A stretch of DNA of 63,278 nt, filler included, from Octopus bimaculoides (GCF_001194135.2; 6 parts of 6 records of this genome joined end to end with filler, not necessarily neighbours in it); one strand, 5' to 3'. Positions 11,588-24,170 are shown, counted from the whole stretch's first letter. The notes: generated from the sequence alone by a model not told the origin. Numbers and translations are program-made.

Positions 11588-12300
11588 CTAAAATAACAGT
11601 GAAATATCAATATCTGTCATTGTTGTTCACCTATGGGGTAATTTGTTTTGACTTGCTTTGAAGTTTTATAGGACACTACATTCTTAAAGGGACTTTCCCT
11701 GGACAAAATACCACAGTTTTTCTTTGTACATTTTAATTGTAACTTCTCCCCAGTGCCTTTTTTTAAAATTTATTTTTCACTAAATATTTCTACTATTTTC
11801 TCAAGTTATCTTAGGATCTGGTAAGTGTAAATAAGACTATTTTGCACCGAGGATGTTTTAATAAGACAGAAACATGAGTGGATTTTCTCACATATGTGCA
11901 AAAATAAGACTTGCTAATCATTGCATGTACCCAAATTCAATTTTAAATTAATTTGGATTTCAGGCTTTACGCTTGTCTTTTTATCAATAAATAATCAGTG
12001 AAGCTAATGATTTCTTTCTTCTTTATTAAGGGTATAATTTTAATAAACTAAAACTTTGTTTGGCTCATTACATTTATTATGTTTGTTCTAATTTAACTAT
12101 GTCTTTTATGTAAGAAGCATGACTGAGAAATGTTTTCCATCTATATAATGCAATAACTCTGCCTCTGTTGTTTCACTTCACTTTACATTTAAATACCCAT
12201 CTATTCCTTTAAGTAAGGAGCAGTAAGGCCAATCTCTAGCATATATACATTCAGGCAAATAAACAGATTCAATCCTGAGAGCTAACTGCTGTAAGTATAC

Positions 12301-12353
12301 CATTTCGCCAAAATTCTGTCTGGTGGTCATAAGTCCCAGCTGTAGATAATAAC
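12301..12353 (-). CDS. Host gene internal exon (G-YYLQLGLMTTRQNFGEM)
   Basis: Acceptor tcttatttcag, donor ATG|gtatac. 53 nt, phase 1 in and phase 0 out, fitting both neighbours. Confidence 0.72.
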
Positions 12354-12619
12354 CTGAAATAAGATAGATTCCTGCAAGCTACTTTTACTTATAATAAAGT
12401 ACATGAACAAGAAGCTCTCAGTGTTCAATCCATTAAGATTTTCAGAATGTTTCATATACAAGTTGTGATTTCTCTCAGAAAATGAAAGAATGAAAGAAAG
12501 ACTTGGTTTCAATTGTGAAAAATGAAGAAATTACTAAAAATAGTACAGGAAACAATGGAAAAAGCCTCAATGTTAAGATGACTAAAGAGAGATAAAATAT
12601 AGTTTGATTAAACACTGAC

Positions 12620-12723
12620 CAATATGAGCATCATAAAGACTTTGGTCAGTAGGCCTCTCTCCATGGCAATGAATACACTCATGTAGATGGATGAAATTGT
12701 TCCATGGTTGCTTCTGATGCATC
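12620..12723 (-). CDS. Host gene internal exon (R-MHQKQPWNNFIHLHECIHCHGERPTDQSLYDAHI-G)
   Basis: Acceptor atcttag, donor TG|gtcagt. 104 nt, phase 2 in and phase 1 out. Open frame containing HECIH. Confidence 0.72.
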
Positions 12724-12964
12724 CTAAGATATCATTATTCTTAGGGATGTAGCCAAATGAATTATGTGTCCAGGGATTTGAAGAAAACTTCCATGAGACA
12801 TAAGAACCCCTAGAAGAAAACCCTTTAAAACAGAAATTTCCTAAGATTATATCTTAGGAAATTTTTGAATTCAAAAATTCAATTCGATTTGAATTGAATT
12901 CAAGGAAACTTGAATTCAATCCCTCAGGCAGTGAATTGGCAAAGTCCATAAGTCTAAATCTTAC

Positions 12965-13045
12965 TGTGATTAACTTTGCCTTTCATCTTTTCGGGGTCAA
13001 TAAAATTAAAGTACCAGCCTAGAGTAATGAATTTGGCAGAATGAA
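12965..13045 (+). mobile_element. SINE family B central-domain fragment (intronic)
   Basis: ACTTTGCCTTTCATCTTTTCGGGGTCAATAAAATTAAAGTACCAG matches the family B core. Confidence 0.65.
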
Positions 13046-13132
13046 TTGTATAAGTATAAAATAAGATGACTTGTGGTATTTGCTCTGACTCTTTGTATTC
13101 TGGGTTCTTGAATGGCATACTTAATTCATCAC

Positions 13133-13256
13133 CTGGTCTTAATGTGGTACCCATTTGGATCAGGTATCTGATCTGAAGATAGCATGCTTTCTTCTTCCAC
13201 CAATTTCCAATGTCTTAAAAAATAGAGAGTTATGAATTTTGCCCTTTCCTCTTGAA
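13133..13256 (-). CDS. Host gene internal exon (x-QEERAKFITLYFLRHWKLVEEESMLSSDQIPDPNGYHIKT-R)
   Basis: Strong acceptor tttttttactgtttag, donor AG|gtgatg. 124 nt, phase 1 in and phase 2 out. Upstream exons not located. Confidence 0.72.
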
Positions 13257-13979
13257 CTAAACAGTAAAAAAATTGAATGATATAGAAAGAATAAAAAGAA
13301 TCCTTTCCAAAAAATATTTACACTGAAGTTTTTTCTCCAAAATTTTTTTTTTATCCTAAATAATCAAAATAAGGTAATATATAATCAATTATGAAAGCAT
13401 TAATATAGCACTTTTATAATTATTTAAAACCAAAATCAAATAATTAAATTGATAATTTAATCCTTTAATAATTTCCCTTTTGAAGATTTTAATTATTGTA
13501 GGATTTTGAACTGGAGGAGGTTTGTCTTAAGAGAAATTGTGTATCTTCCAACTGAAAAATCAGCAGTTTGTATCCTGGCACTGCATTGTCTGAAATATCT
13601 ACTCACAAAAATATTCATTTAAATTTCAGATGATCCTGGTTTAGTTGGCTAGTTCAGTAAATAGGTACATAGAGCTTTGGTAGTACTGTGAAATTCATAA
13701 TTGCTTTGTTGGTTTGTAAATGCAGAAATCAAGTACTCCTGTGTACATAGTTTAATGTCTGCTAGTATGTGCTTATTGAATAACATAGAAAATATGTAGT
13801 GCTGAGGAGTATCAATTAGCTGCAGGCAAATGACATATGTTCACTTCCCAGCTGAGCAATTCTTTTCACCTGTGACATTTCACCTCTTACATTTCTGAGC
13901 AAAGTTAATATTTTGTGAATTTGACTCCATCAAATTGGTTTGTTCTTTACACAATATATAAAAAGTAAACCTTCAAAGG

Positions 13980-14510
13980 CAGGGCTGGATTAAGACCCAG
14001 CGAGGCCCTAAGCACTAAAAAGATTTTGGTGCCCCCATAAAAAATTATGTAATTCAAAATATAAACAATAGCAAACCATAAAATAAATTTTTATTTTTCA
14101 AAACGAAACAAAACAGTAAGAGGAAAAATAATGTTTATTTTAGTATACTTCTACTTTGTTTATATTTGAAAAGTTTCCTCCTAGTTTTTGAATTGCAAAA
14201 TCTTTGATCAGATCCTTAAAATTAATCTTAGGTAATACATCTGCATCTATACTTAGTAGAGATGAAGGCATCCTGAATATTATTTTAGTAAGTTTGAAGT
14301 GATTTCTTTTGTGCCATAAACCATTTACCATTTCTATGGTTCTCCTTCCTTCTCTTGATACCCTAAGCACATGCTTATTTTGTTTAATCATTAATCCACT
14401 GCTGTTCAGGTGTGATGTAACATTGCATTTCAATGTCTTATAGCTGTAGACTTGTTGGAAACGATATTCAGTACTTTAATTTTCATGCAATAGATCCACT
14501 TGACAAAGTC
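13980..14510 (-). mobile_element. hAT transposon 3' end with dimerisation-domain remnant
   Basis: Terminus CAGGGCTGGATTAAGAC...GGCCCTAAGCAC at 13980. Translation ...FKLTKIIFR..SLLSIDADVLPKINFKDLIKDFAIQK resembles the hAT C-terminal dimerisation domain. Confidence 0.75.
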
Positions 14511-14514
14511 AATC

Positions 14515-14912
14515 TGTTCAAGATATTGGCTTCAAATTATGACACAAAGCCAGCAATTTCAGAGGATGGGATAAGTCGATTAAATCAACCCCAGTGCTCA
14601 ACTTATACTTAATTTCTTGACTTTGAAAGGATGAAAGGCAAAGTTGACCTCCGTGGGATTTGAACTCAGAGCATAATGACAGATGAAGTACCACTAAGCA
14701 TTTTGCTCGGCACGCTAACAATTCTGCTAGTTTGCTTTGGGGGAGGGGGTAAGTTGATTACATCAACCCCAGAGTTGAACTGGTACTTAATTTATCGATC
14801 CCAAAAGGATAAAAGGCAAAGATGACCTAGGTGGATTTGAACTCAGAACATAAAGACAAATGAAATACCGCTAAGCTCTTCACCTGGCAGACTAACGATT
14901 CTGCCAGCTTGC
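14515..14912 (-). mobile_element. Two tandem SINE family B copies (14515-14735, 14740-14912)
   Basis: Each has GAAAGGATGAAAGGCAAAG..GACCT..GGATTTGAACTCAG...CTAAC.ATTCTGC. CpG-decayed relative to 48820-49027. Confidence 0.85.
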
Positions 14913-15460
14913 TCAGTAATCTCTTCAAGATATTAACAAATAAGTTTGTTGATATGAACCTGAGAGGACTTTTTCATGTTTTTTTCATTTTTTTTTTCAT
15001 TTTTAGGAATGGAAATGAATAAATGACATTAACGTATTTCCACAAGAACCAATGATAAATCTCTAATAAAATAGCTCTAATGAATTTAAAATGAGAAGCG
15101 ATTTGGCTTCATCAAAGTTAGAAAGATAATAAGACTGCATTAGGTTCATGCCTTTTTTCAAGTGACAAAGAGACAAGCTACAACTACAGCCTTTACAGAC
15201 ACATAGACAAGCTTCAACTTTTGACAAGTATATTGCCTCCTCCCTGTTTATTAAACTACCACTATAATGACCTCTACTCCTCTGAAATGGTTGGGGCTCA
15301 TAACACTTCTATTCATGCATTCCTGTCTTACTCGTCTCCCCTCCTCTCATTACTTTTATTGAGTCGATCTTCCCCGGCCCTGCGTCAATTACAACACCTA
15401 GTCCTAGAATATTGCCCCTATAGAGTTCCCTCTTTTCTCATATCTTTCCCGCAGGTGTTG

Positions 15461-16330
15461 ACTTACTGATCTCACCGGTCTAGAAGGTCTTCTGAAAGCT
15501 ATGGGCACTCTTTCTTTCTCGCGACGGAGCAAGTATAAAAAAAAAAAAGAAAGAAAAAGAAACTCATATTTATAATGTTTCTTAAACTGGTACAAAACCA
15601 TACATAGGAGTACTTGACTTATCGTTATTTTATCAACCCCGCTGTGAGGAAGTGAAAAAGTCAACTTTTCACTTAGCATACAGTAAGAGGAAACTAAATT
15701 CCGGAAAACATTTAATCTATTTATTGCTCTTGCCAATCCATCTATAACGATAATCCTTTTCAAATCTCGACAAAATACTTAAGTCTTGAAATTTTATCAC
15801 CGTAAAACACATTTAACAACTATTATCTTTTCTTTCATTTTCAATGTCGAGACAAGTGATTAAAACTATTTAACATTTGTTACTTCGAAGGATAGAGATA
15901 AACAAATTTTCGGCTGATTTTTTAATTTCAATTTTCTTCAGAGTCCACTCTCTTTCGTTTTCGTTGATTTTATTGTTTTATTAATTTAGTGAGTAGAAAT
16001 CGTTTCAGTTTTCGCGCCATATAATCGTAAGGGCATAAATAGGTCAATTAGAAAAAAAAAGTGTATCAATGAAAGTAATTCAGATTTCAATAAATGCTCA
16101 AATGTAGTAAAGATAGTCATCAAAGAGAATAGTGGTCACTATGTATTTCGAAGATTACAAAATTCGATTTTGGTTAAATTTTTCTCACAAAAATGGTGTA
16201 CTATATAAATATTTCAAATGTTAGACCATTCAAAGTGCTGAGTATAAAACTCGTCTCGTTTTATAATACCAAAGTTACATAAAGGTTTTTCTATCGACAT
16301 ACGTCGCTAAGTATCGTTTTATTTCACTAA
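15461..16330 (-). promoter_or_regulatory. Candidate promoter and first non-coding exon of the minus-strand gene
   Basis: Consensus donor GTAAGT on minus at 15466-15461. CpG-richer than 11000-15300 by eye. E2F-like TTTTCGCGCC at 16009-16018. The link to the gene is inference. Confidence 0.35.
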
Positions 16331-16685
16331 TGTTTCTCCCTCTCTATCCATTGCATTATGTTCTGTATGTTAAAGATATATTTGAACTGCTAAAGAATAC
16401 ACGCACGCACACGCACACACACGTATTTATATATGTATGTATGTATATNNNNNNNNNNNNNNNNNNNNNNNNNNNNNNNNNNNNNNNNNNNNNNNNNNNN
16501 NNNNNNNNNNNNNNNNNNNNNNNNNNNNNNNNNNNNNNNNNNNNNNNNNNNNNNNNNNNNNNNNNNNNNNNNNNNNNNNNNNNNNNNNNNNNNNNNNNNN
16601 NNNNNNNNNNNNNNNNNNNNNNNNNNNNNNNNNNNNNNNNNNNNNNNNNNNNNNNNNNNNNNNNNNNNNNNNNNNNNNNNNNNNN

Positions 16686-16905
16686 CCAGCATCGGTCGTC
16701 AAACACATAAAGATATACACACACATACATATATACATATATACGACGGGCTTTCAGTTTCCGTCTACCAAATCCACTCACAAGGCTTTGGTCGGCCCGA
16801 GGCTATAGTAGAAGACATTTGCCCAAGGTGCCACGCAGTGGGACTGAACCCAGAACCATGTGGTTGGTAAGCAAGCTACTTACCACACAGCCACTCCTGC
16901 GCCTA
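16686..16905 (-). mobile_element. SINE family A
   Basis: CTTTCAGTTTCCGTCTACCAAATCCACTCACAAGGC...GGGACTGAACCC...TTACCACACAGCCACTCC, next to an N gap. Confidence 0.88.
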
Positions 16906-16949
16906 TATGTATACATATGAAGCACATGTGTATGTATATATGTGTGTAT

Positions 16950-17255
16950 TCTTTTATTTATTTTAGTCATCTGACTGCGGCCATGCTGGAGCACCGCCTT
17001 CAGTCGAAGAAGTCAACCCCAGGACATTTTCTTTTGTAAGCCTAGTACTTATTCTATCGCTCTCTTTGCCAAACCGTTAAGTTATGGGGACGTAAATAAA
17101 CCAACATCGGTTATCAAGCGATACTGGGGGACAAACTCAGACCCGCCCCACAAATATGTATATATACATATATATATATACACATACACACATACATACA
17201 CACACACACACACATACACACATATATATATATATATATATATACATATATACAA

Positions 17256-17287
<32 letters not shown>

Positions 17288-17845
17288 ATATATATACATA
17301 CATGTATATATATACACATACATATATATACATATATATATACACATACACGCATATATATATACATATATATATACACATACATACATACATCCATATA
17401 TATATATATATNNNNNNNNNNNNNNNNNNNNNNNNNNNNNNNNNNNNNNNNNNNNNNNNNNNNNNNNNNNNNNNNNNNNNNNNNNNNNNNNNNNNNNNNN
17501 NNNNNNNNNNNNNNNNNNNNNNNNNNNNNNNNNNNNNNNNNNNNNNNNNNNNNNNNNNNNNNNNNNNNNNNNNNNNNNNNNNNNNNNNNNNNNNNNNNNN
17601 NNNNNNNNNNNNNNNNNNNNNNNNNNNNNNNNNNNNNNNNNNNNNNNNNNNNNNNNNNNNNNNNNNNNNNNNNNNNNNNNNNNNNNNNNNNNNNNNNNNN
17701 NNNNNATATATATATATATACGACGTGCTTCTTTCAGTTTCCGTCTACCAAATCCACTCACAAGGCTGTGGTCGGCCCGGGCCCACAGTAGAAGACACTT
17801 GCCAAGGTATCACGCAATGGGACTGAACCTGGAACCATATGGTCC
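16950..17845 (-). mobile_element. SINE family A with expanded internal TA/CA microsatellite and gap
   Basis: Tail 16950-17150, microsatellite and gap 17155-17720, head 17720-17845. Confidence 0.82.
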
Positions 17846-17879
17846 TTACATACATACATACATACACACATACATATAA

Positions 17880-17909
<30 letters not shown>

Positions 17910-17910
<1 letters not shown>

Positions 17911-18897
17911 TGTTAATAATATTAGAGAATTTTTCAGAAAGATATATACATGTATAGAATAATTATTGTATTAAAAATATAAATATATGTAAATATGTAT
18001 AAGTATAAATATCTAATAAATATGACAGTTTAAAATTTAATAGTTTAAAATGAAGTTTTTAAAACATCTTACGATCGTTTCGCAAAAGTATTGTCTTTAC
18101 AATGGAATCCTAAAGAACAGGAGGAGATAATACGTACGTTTAAAGACGGTTATAGTTCATGGGAGTTGGACTAGGACTGGGACTTACTTCCAAATTACAC
18201 AACTTATGACAGGCTATTCGAGGAAACAAGCTTTGCCATGGTAGAAGCATTGGGTTTTAAAGGGTAGAAAATAGCTGCTCGTAAGTGGGGCGAGTTGTTC
18301 CATTTCCAGTTTTCACTTTCATTTTTCGTTCATTTGTCATAATTTAAAATTTTTGTTATATGTCCCACACGTCTTGTATTGTTCCATCTATGTGCGCCCC
18401 TTGTGAGCAATAAAGAAATAAGTTATACAAATTTAATTACGGATTACTGCAGAAGACTTGCCAAGAAGGCATATACGGATTTCAAGATTCGCATACTAAA
18501 GTGTACTTAACAAAATCAAAAATAGTAACTTTTAATTTATATTTCAAACAAGCACCATTTTCCAATATTAATTCGTATTTAAAAAAAAACTACTATTCGA
18601 TAAATTATACAAACTTCACATTTTATATCTTTGTGGAGCAGAAGTATTGTCTATAAATGTTTATCAACATAGGATTGCATTATAGAGACAATACTTTTGC
18701 GAAACGATCGTAAGATGCTTTAAAAAACTTAATTTTAAACTATTAAATTTTGAACTATCATATTTATTATATATTTATACTTATATATATTTACATACAT
18801 TTATATATATTTATATCTTTAATGCAATAATTATTCTACACATGTATATATCTTTCTGAAGATTTTTCTGACATTAATTTCCTGATATTATTAACAG
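17910..18897. mobile_element. Non-autonomous DNA transposon (MITE or foldback) with ~200-230 bp TIRs
   Basis: 17910-18115 is the reverse complement of ~18668-18897 (TGTTAATAAT...CATCTTACGATCGTTTCGCAAAAGTATTGTCT..AAT..AATCCTA). Flanked by TA. Non-coding ~550 bp interior. Confidence 0.85.
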
Positions 18898-19040
18898 TAT
18901 ATTATATATAATCGCTCGTATTAAATGTATAAATACTTTAATAGTATTAATACTTTGATACAGAAGAGTACTCACTGTAAATTCAGTATATAATATTCTC
19001 CTAGAATACATTTAACTAAAGATTTATATANNNNNNNNNN

Positions 19041-21047
19041 GTGAAGAGAAGAAGTAGGAGTCGGAGCAAGAGAGGAGAGGTGGGTGGGAGAAATTAGGTG
19101 TGAGAGGGAGAGAGGAGGGGATGAGGTTAGATGAAGAGGGAAGGAGAGTTGAGCCCATGTGGGGCAAAGGAGTAAAAAGATAAGATTAATCCCTGTTCAC
19201 GGCGCAAATGGGAGTCAGGATGGCCCTTGTGCAAGGACAATCCGATCACAGACAGGTGTTGCAAAGAGTGACCGGTAGAGCAGAAATGGCGTGAGACCGG
19301 GGTGGCATTGGCCGAGTCGGATGTCTCGGAGATGTTCCGCGAACTGGTCAGCCAAGCGGCGTTCCGTTTGCCCGATGTATAGAGAAGGGCAGAGAGAGAG
19401 CAGGAGATGCAGTAGATGACATTGGTAGAAGTGCAGGTGAAGGAGTCGGTGATATGATGGGTGCTGGTGAGGAGAGTGGTGTTGGAGAAGTAAGGGCAAG
19501 TGAGGCAGCGTGGGCGGGAGTAGGGGAACGAGCCGGGTTGGGAGGTTAGGTTAGGGAATAAGCTGTGGACCAACAGGTCTCGTAGGTTGTGGGCTCGTTT
19601 GAAGGAGAGAAAGGGAGAGAAAGGGAGATAATATAGTCACGGTGATCCCAAAACGAAGGTGCGTGTGCGTTTGTATAAGAGAGCGTATATGTGCGTGTGG
19701 AAGAGGGCTGGTAACTTTGACATATGCGTGTATGTGGGATGGGAAGCGGGCAGTGCTAGTGTGTGCGTGGTGGTGTGAGGTGATGTGGTGTTGTGTGGTA
19801 TGATGTAGTGGTGTGGTGTTGGGATGTGGGTGAGGCGAGAGTGGGGAAAGCAAGGGTGAGGTGTGGGTTAGGCTGAGAATGGGGGTAGAGGTGGGGTATG
19901 TGGGAGTGGGTGTAAGGGATAGGGTGGAATGGGATGGATAGGGAAGGTGAGGTTGGATTGTAATGGGTGGGGTTACGAAGGAGGGCTGACGATGAAGGGA
20001 GAGGGAGAAAGGAGAAGGTGGGTAGGAGTGAAGAGAAGNNNNNNNNNNNNNNNNNNNNNNNNNNNNNNNNNNNNNNNNNNNNNNNNNNNNNNNNNNNNNN
20101 NNNNNNNNNNNNNNNNNNNNNNNNNNNNNNNNNNNNNNNNNNNNNNNNNNNNNNNNNNNNNNNNNNNNNNNNNNNNNNNNNNNNNNNNNNNNNNNNNNNN
20201 NNNNNNNNNNNNNNNNNNNNNNNNNNNNNNNNNNNNNNNNNNNNNNNNNNNNNNNNNNNNNNNNNNNNNNNNNNNNNNNNNNNNNNNNNNNNNNNNNNNN
20301 NNNNNNNNNNNNNNNNNNNNNNNNNNNNNNNNNNNNNNNNNNNNNNNNNNNNNNNNNNNNNNNNNNNNNNNNNNNNNNNNNNNNNNNNNNNNNNNNNNNN
20401 NNNNNNNNNNNNNNNNNNNNNNNNNNNNNNNNNNNNNNNNNNNNNNNNNNNNNNNNNNNNNNNNNNNNNNNNNNNNNNNNNNNNNNNNNNNNNNNNNNNN
20501 NNNNNNNNNNNNNNNNNNNNNNNNNNNNNNNNNNNNNNNNNNNNNNNNNNNNNNNNNNNNNNNNNNNNNNNNNNNNNNNNNNNNNNNNNNNNNNNNNNNN
20601 NNNNNNNNNNNNNNNNNNNNNNNNNNNNNNNNNNNNNNNNNNNNNNNNNNNNNNNNNNNNNNNNNNNNNNNNNNNNNNNNNNNNNNNNNNNNNNNNNNNN
20701 NNNNNNNNNNNNNNNNNNNNNNNNNNNNNNNNNNNNNNNNNNNNNNNNNNNNNNNNNNNNNNNNNNNNNNNNNGAACGACTGCTTGGAACTGGCCAGGAG
20801 CTGGCATCCACTGGATTATCGGCGGCCTGGGTTGGTGAAGCAGTCCTCCTCATTAGATGCAGTTGGAGTGTCGCGGAAAAGCGCACACAACCTAACACGG
20901 CGCACAAAGCTATAGATATCGGCACGAGTCCGAAATTCATTGCTGGATGGCGTGAGGGGGATAAAGCGCAGACCCCTACTGAGGAGGGAGCGCTCTGCCT
21001 CAGGGATGGGAAGGTCTGGAGGAATGGTAGCAACAGACTGAAGTAGA
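19041..21047 (-). mobile_element. Penelope-like element (Neptune-like): N-terminus, gap, linker and GIY-YIG endonuclease
   Basis: FKRAHNLRDLLVHS..PGSFPYSRPRCLTCPYFSN..FTCTSTNVIYCISCS..LYIGQTERRLADQFAEHLRDIR (19127-19600). N-terminal match to 970-1190 at 20774-21046. Confidence 0.9.
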
Positions 21048-22444
21048 GGTCACAATTTGTAGATTGAAAACAGCTTACATAATATGTATATTAAATTACA
21101 TGTATATTCGATATTTTTAATGCTGATGATTAAGATGAATATTCCAGCAGACGCCACGAAGAAACTCTGCCACAGTCTTGTGGTCCTCCCGTCGAGCAAC
21201 ACACAAGTTGCGAAGGCGTTCTTGTAGCTGCACATAGCGTCGACGAACTCTTTTTTGAGGTGGGTTTCCAATAGCATCCTTCTGGATAATGGTGTTCACT
21301 GTCACTTCTTCATGTTGAAACCATTCAATGACACACCAGAGTGAAGGAGGTTAGTGACCAACGAGGTTGAAGTATTTATCATTCCACCCTTCGCAGATGT
21401 TGTTGATACGGGCGTTGCTGTTCATGGTGGCGTCATGCACATTCCATAGGTGAAGGGCAAACATAGGTGGAATGTGATGCATTCTCAGAGGCATCAAGGC
21501 ATCACTGGACATGGCAACTGGCTGCTGAATCAGTCGAAAGGAGCCACTAACATAAGTACAATCGAAGTACATGAGCAACTCCTCGGCGTCAGGTGGATCT
21601 TGTGGAATGACAATTTGAGGTATCTCATACCTTCTAGAGACCCCCCCCCCCAGAGCATCGATCATGTCACAAAACAAACGAAACTTAGCATTGGTGTTAT
21701 ACTGTTTTCTCAAACCCAGTTCCTGGATTTTACACCAAGAGGACTACGTAAGATAGTAGAAACAACCTTCGTCGCTGTTAAACACTGCAAGAACAGCTCT
21801 CAGTACACCGTCTTCAGAGTTAGTCACTACAGTTCGCACATTAATAGAATAGCCTACGTCTATACACTTATCAACTATAGCCTAAAAGAGTTCGTTGTAG
21901 GTAGCACGAGTCTTGTTTGGAAGAAAAGTGTACACTGAAGAAACAACTGTATCGCCGAAAGAGACAAGGATGACAGATTTGTTTGAAAATATTTGGAGCC
22001 ATAGCAAAGTTGCCATCCATATATAGAGTATCAGCACCAGCAAGGAGTATGAGGCCATCACTAGTACCAAACACTAGAATGCGGTTGTTTGCATTTGGTC
22101 CGTTATCATACAGTAAAAACTCTCCGGGATGAGGGCCAACTGTCATAGTATGGTCAGTAGGAAGTTCATCTAGATCATTTAGCAAATGTTGTACAGGAAG
22201 AGTAGGCCATTGGTTTCGCAGAATTCATAACTCGTTAATTTACAATTAGTTCTGCATATTCCTTCACAGAGACTGAGTGACTTATTAATCTTAAAAAAGT
22301 GAGAATTCGACAGTTAACTTTTCTATTAAAGAAAGAAGTACTTAACGTTGTCCTGTCTTTTTTTTCCTTTTTCCTGTGACTCTTTTTTCCGTGACTTCTT
22401 TTCCTGTCACTTATTTTACCTGTGACTTGATTTAACCTGGATTC
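21048..22444 (-). mobile_element. Mutator/MULE transposon with degenerate transposase and one terminus
   Basis: FLLYDNG..RILVFGT..LYMDGNFAMAPNIFKQ; VYTFLPNKTRATYNELF; YFDCTYV..LWNVHDAT..INNICEGWN. Terminus at 22444 with tandem AAAGTCACAGG-like subterminal repeats. The other end abuts the PLE. Confidence 0.88.
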
Positions 22445-22905
22445 ATATANNNNNNNNNNNNNNNNNNNNNNNNNNNNNNNNNNNNNNNNNNNNNNNNNNN
22501 NNNNNNNNNNNNNNNNNNNNNNNNNNNNNNNNNNNNNNNNNNNNNNNNNNNNNNNNNNNNNNNNNNNNNNNNNNNNNNNNNNNNNNNNNNNNNNNNNNNN
22601 NNNNNNNNNNNNNNNNNNNNNNNNNNNNNNNNNNNNNNNNNNNNNNNNNNNNNNNNNNNNNNNNNNNNNNNNNNNNNNNNNNNNNNNNNNNNNNNNNNNN
22701 NNNNNNNNNNNNNNNNNNNNNNNNNNNNNNNNNNNNNNNNNNNNNNNNNNNNNNNNNNNNNNNNNNNNNNNNNNNNNNNNNNNNNNNNNNNNNNNNNNNN
22801 NNNNNNNNNNNNNNNNNNNNNNNNNNNNNNNNNNNNNNNNNNNNNNNNNNNNNNNNNNNNNNNNNNNNNNNNNNNNNNNNNNNNNNNNNNNNNNNNNNNN
22901 NNNNN

Positions 22906-22945
<40 letters not shown>

Positions 22946-23809
22946 AATACATACTAGCTGCTGAAATAACCAGCGTTGCCTAAGTGGAAGACTCGCGGAA
23001 TTAACAGTGACATCGGAAAGCAATTTATTCACTTACAGTAAATCTTTGGGAAAAAACACTCAGCGAAATTTCGGTCTAAGAACGCTTTGTAGATCCATTT
23101 TGAAAACATTTTTTCAAGAATATTTTTTTCCATATATCCTGTATTAAACCTATACGATTCCAATTCTGCAAAATATTGTACACAGATTCGAATTTTTTCT
23201 ATATTTAAATTTCTGTAATGGCATAATTTTAACCCTAATCTGAATATCAACAAACCCTAACTATTATACCACACCCTAAGTTTCTAATTCTAAATCTTAA
23301 CTTTAAGCTTATATCTAATACTATGCTCTGACCCTAAACCTATTTTAATGTATAGAATCGCAACCTCCTATATTTAAAGCAGTTGCTTCGAGAGAAAAAA
23401 AATTGAAACGGAAAAAATATTAATTTCAAAGCTGTAAATTTGAAAAGCATTTTGTTTGTACAATTGTAATCTCTAATGTTCAAACAATAGAAAGTAGTAT
23501 TTTTTTTAAATGATACAAAGGTATTTGGGAGTGACTATCCAAGACTTAACCAAAAATATTAGAGCACTGGATGTACTAAACTTGCACCTTTGCATCAATG
23601 TGGGCTATCTAAGTTTCGGCAAAAAAGTAATTGTGGACGTTTATGTATTTGTTTTGCAAGATTTCTGATATGAGATCGTGTGTTGAAAATGGTGAAACAA
23701 ACAAATCCATAATATATGTTTTCATATTCTTTTAATACACAATTTTTTTACATCTCTTACACTTTTATTTATTTTTTTTGTTTGTTTTGGTGACCGGGAG
23801 TTAAAGTAA

Positions 23810-24170
23810 ACATCAACCAAGCCCTTTTCGAATGACAGTCAAAAATCTGGCGAAAACCTCATGGTACAGGAGTAATACAACAGATTAATAATCCAGAATT
23901 TCTTAAATTGTGCAAGCTTCGATTCAGCGCTTCCAAAGATTTTTATAAGTCATCGTGAATTTATCTCAAATAAGATGACACCTTTTTAATACTTGTCCAT
24001 GTTAGATGATTTACTGATATAGCAAAATTTTTTGTAGCTTTAAAATAAGTTCTAGCATTGCGCTTGGGCAATTCCACTTATAAATTATATCTGTAAAAAT
24101 TGTACACTTTTACATTGTAAAGGTTTAAAAGAGCCAATTCTACCACGTTTATCCTGGCATTAACCCATTT
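23810..24170 (-). mobile_element. Helitron PIF1-helicase remnant
   Basis: KSLEALNRSLHNLRNSGLL..GFRQIF resembles the Helitron helicase motif ALNRTLQDLR...GDFRQ. Stops and frameshifts present. Confidence 0.6.

Noticed and set aside
11577-11617. Hammerhead-like fold on plus: GCA-CTGATGA-GCT..AGT-GAAA-TAT CA ATA-TC-TGT
   Set aside because: The core is intact but all helices are 3-4 bp and AU/GU-rich. The sequence is the antisense of the host exon start and its acceptor tract, which explains it. It is not in a PLE context, so it is probably coincidental; a cleavage assay would settle it.
13490-13960. Possible further upstream exons of the host gene (e.g. NAVPGYKLLIFQLEDTQFLLRQTSS; NVRGEMSQVKRIAQLGS)
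   Set aside because: Open frames have only weak donors (GTTCAA, GTGAAC) or hit stops, so they cannot be chained confidently.
22951-23240. Helitron-like start TACTAGCTG..CAGCGTTGCC
   Set aside because: Resembles recalled non-autonomous Helitron ends, but no second end or second copy is visible in the window.
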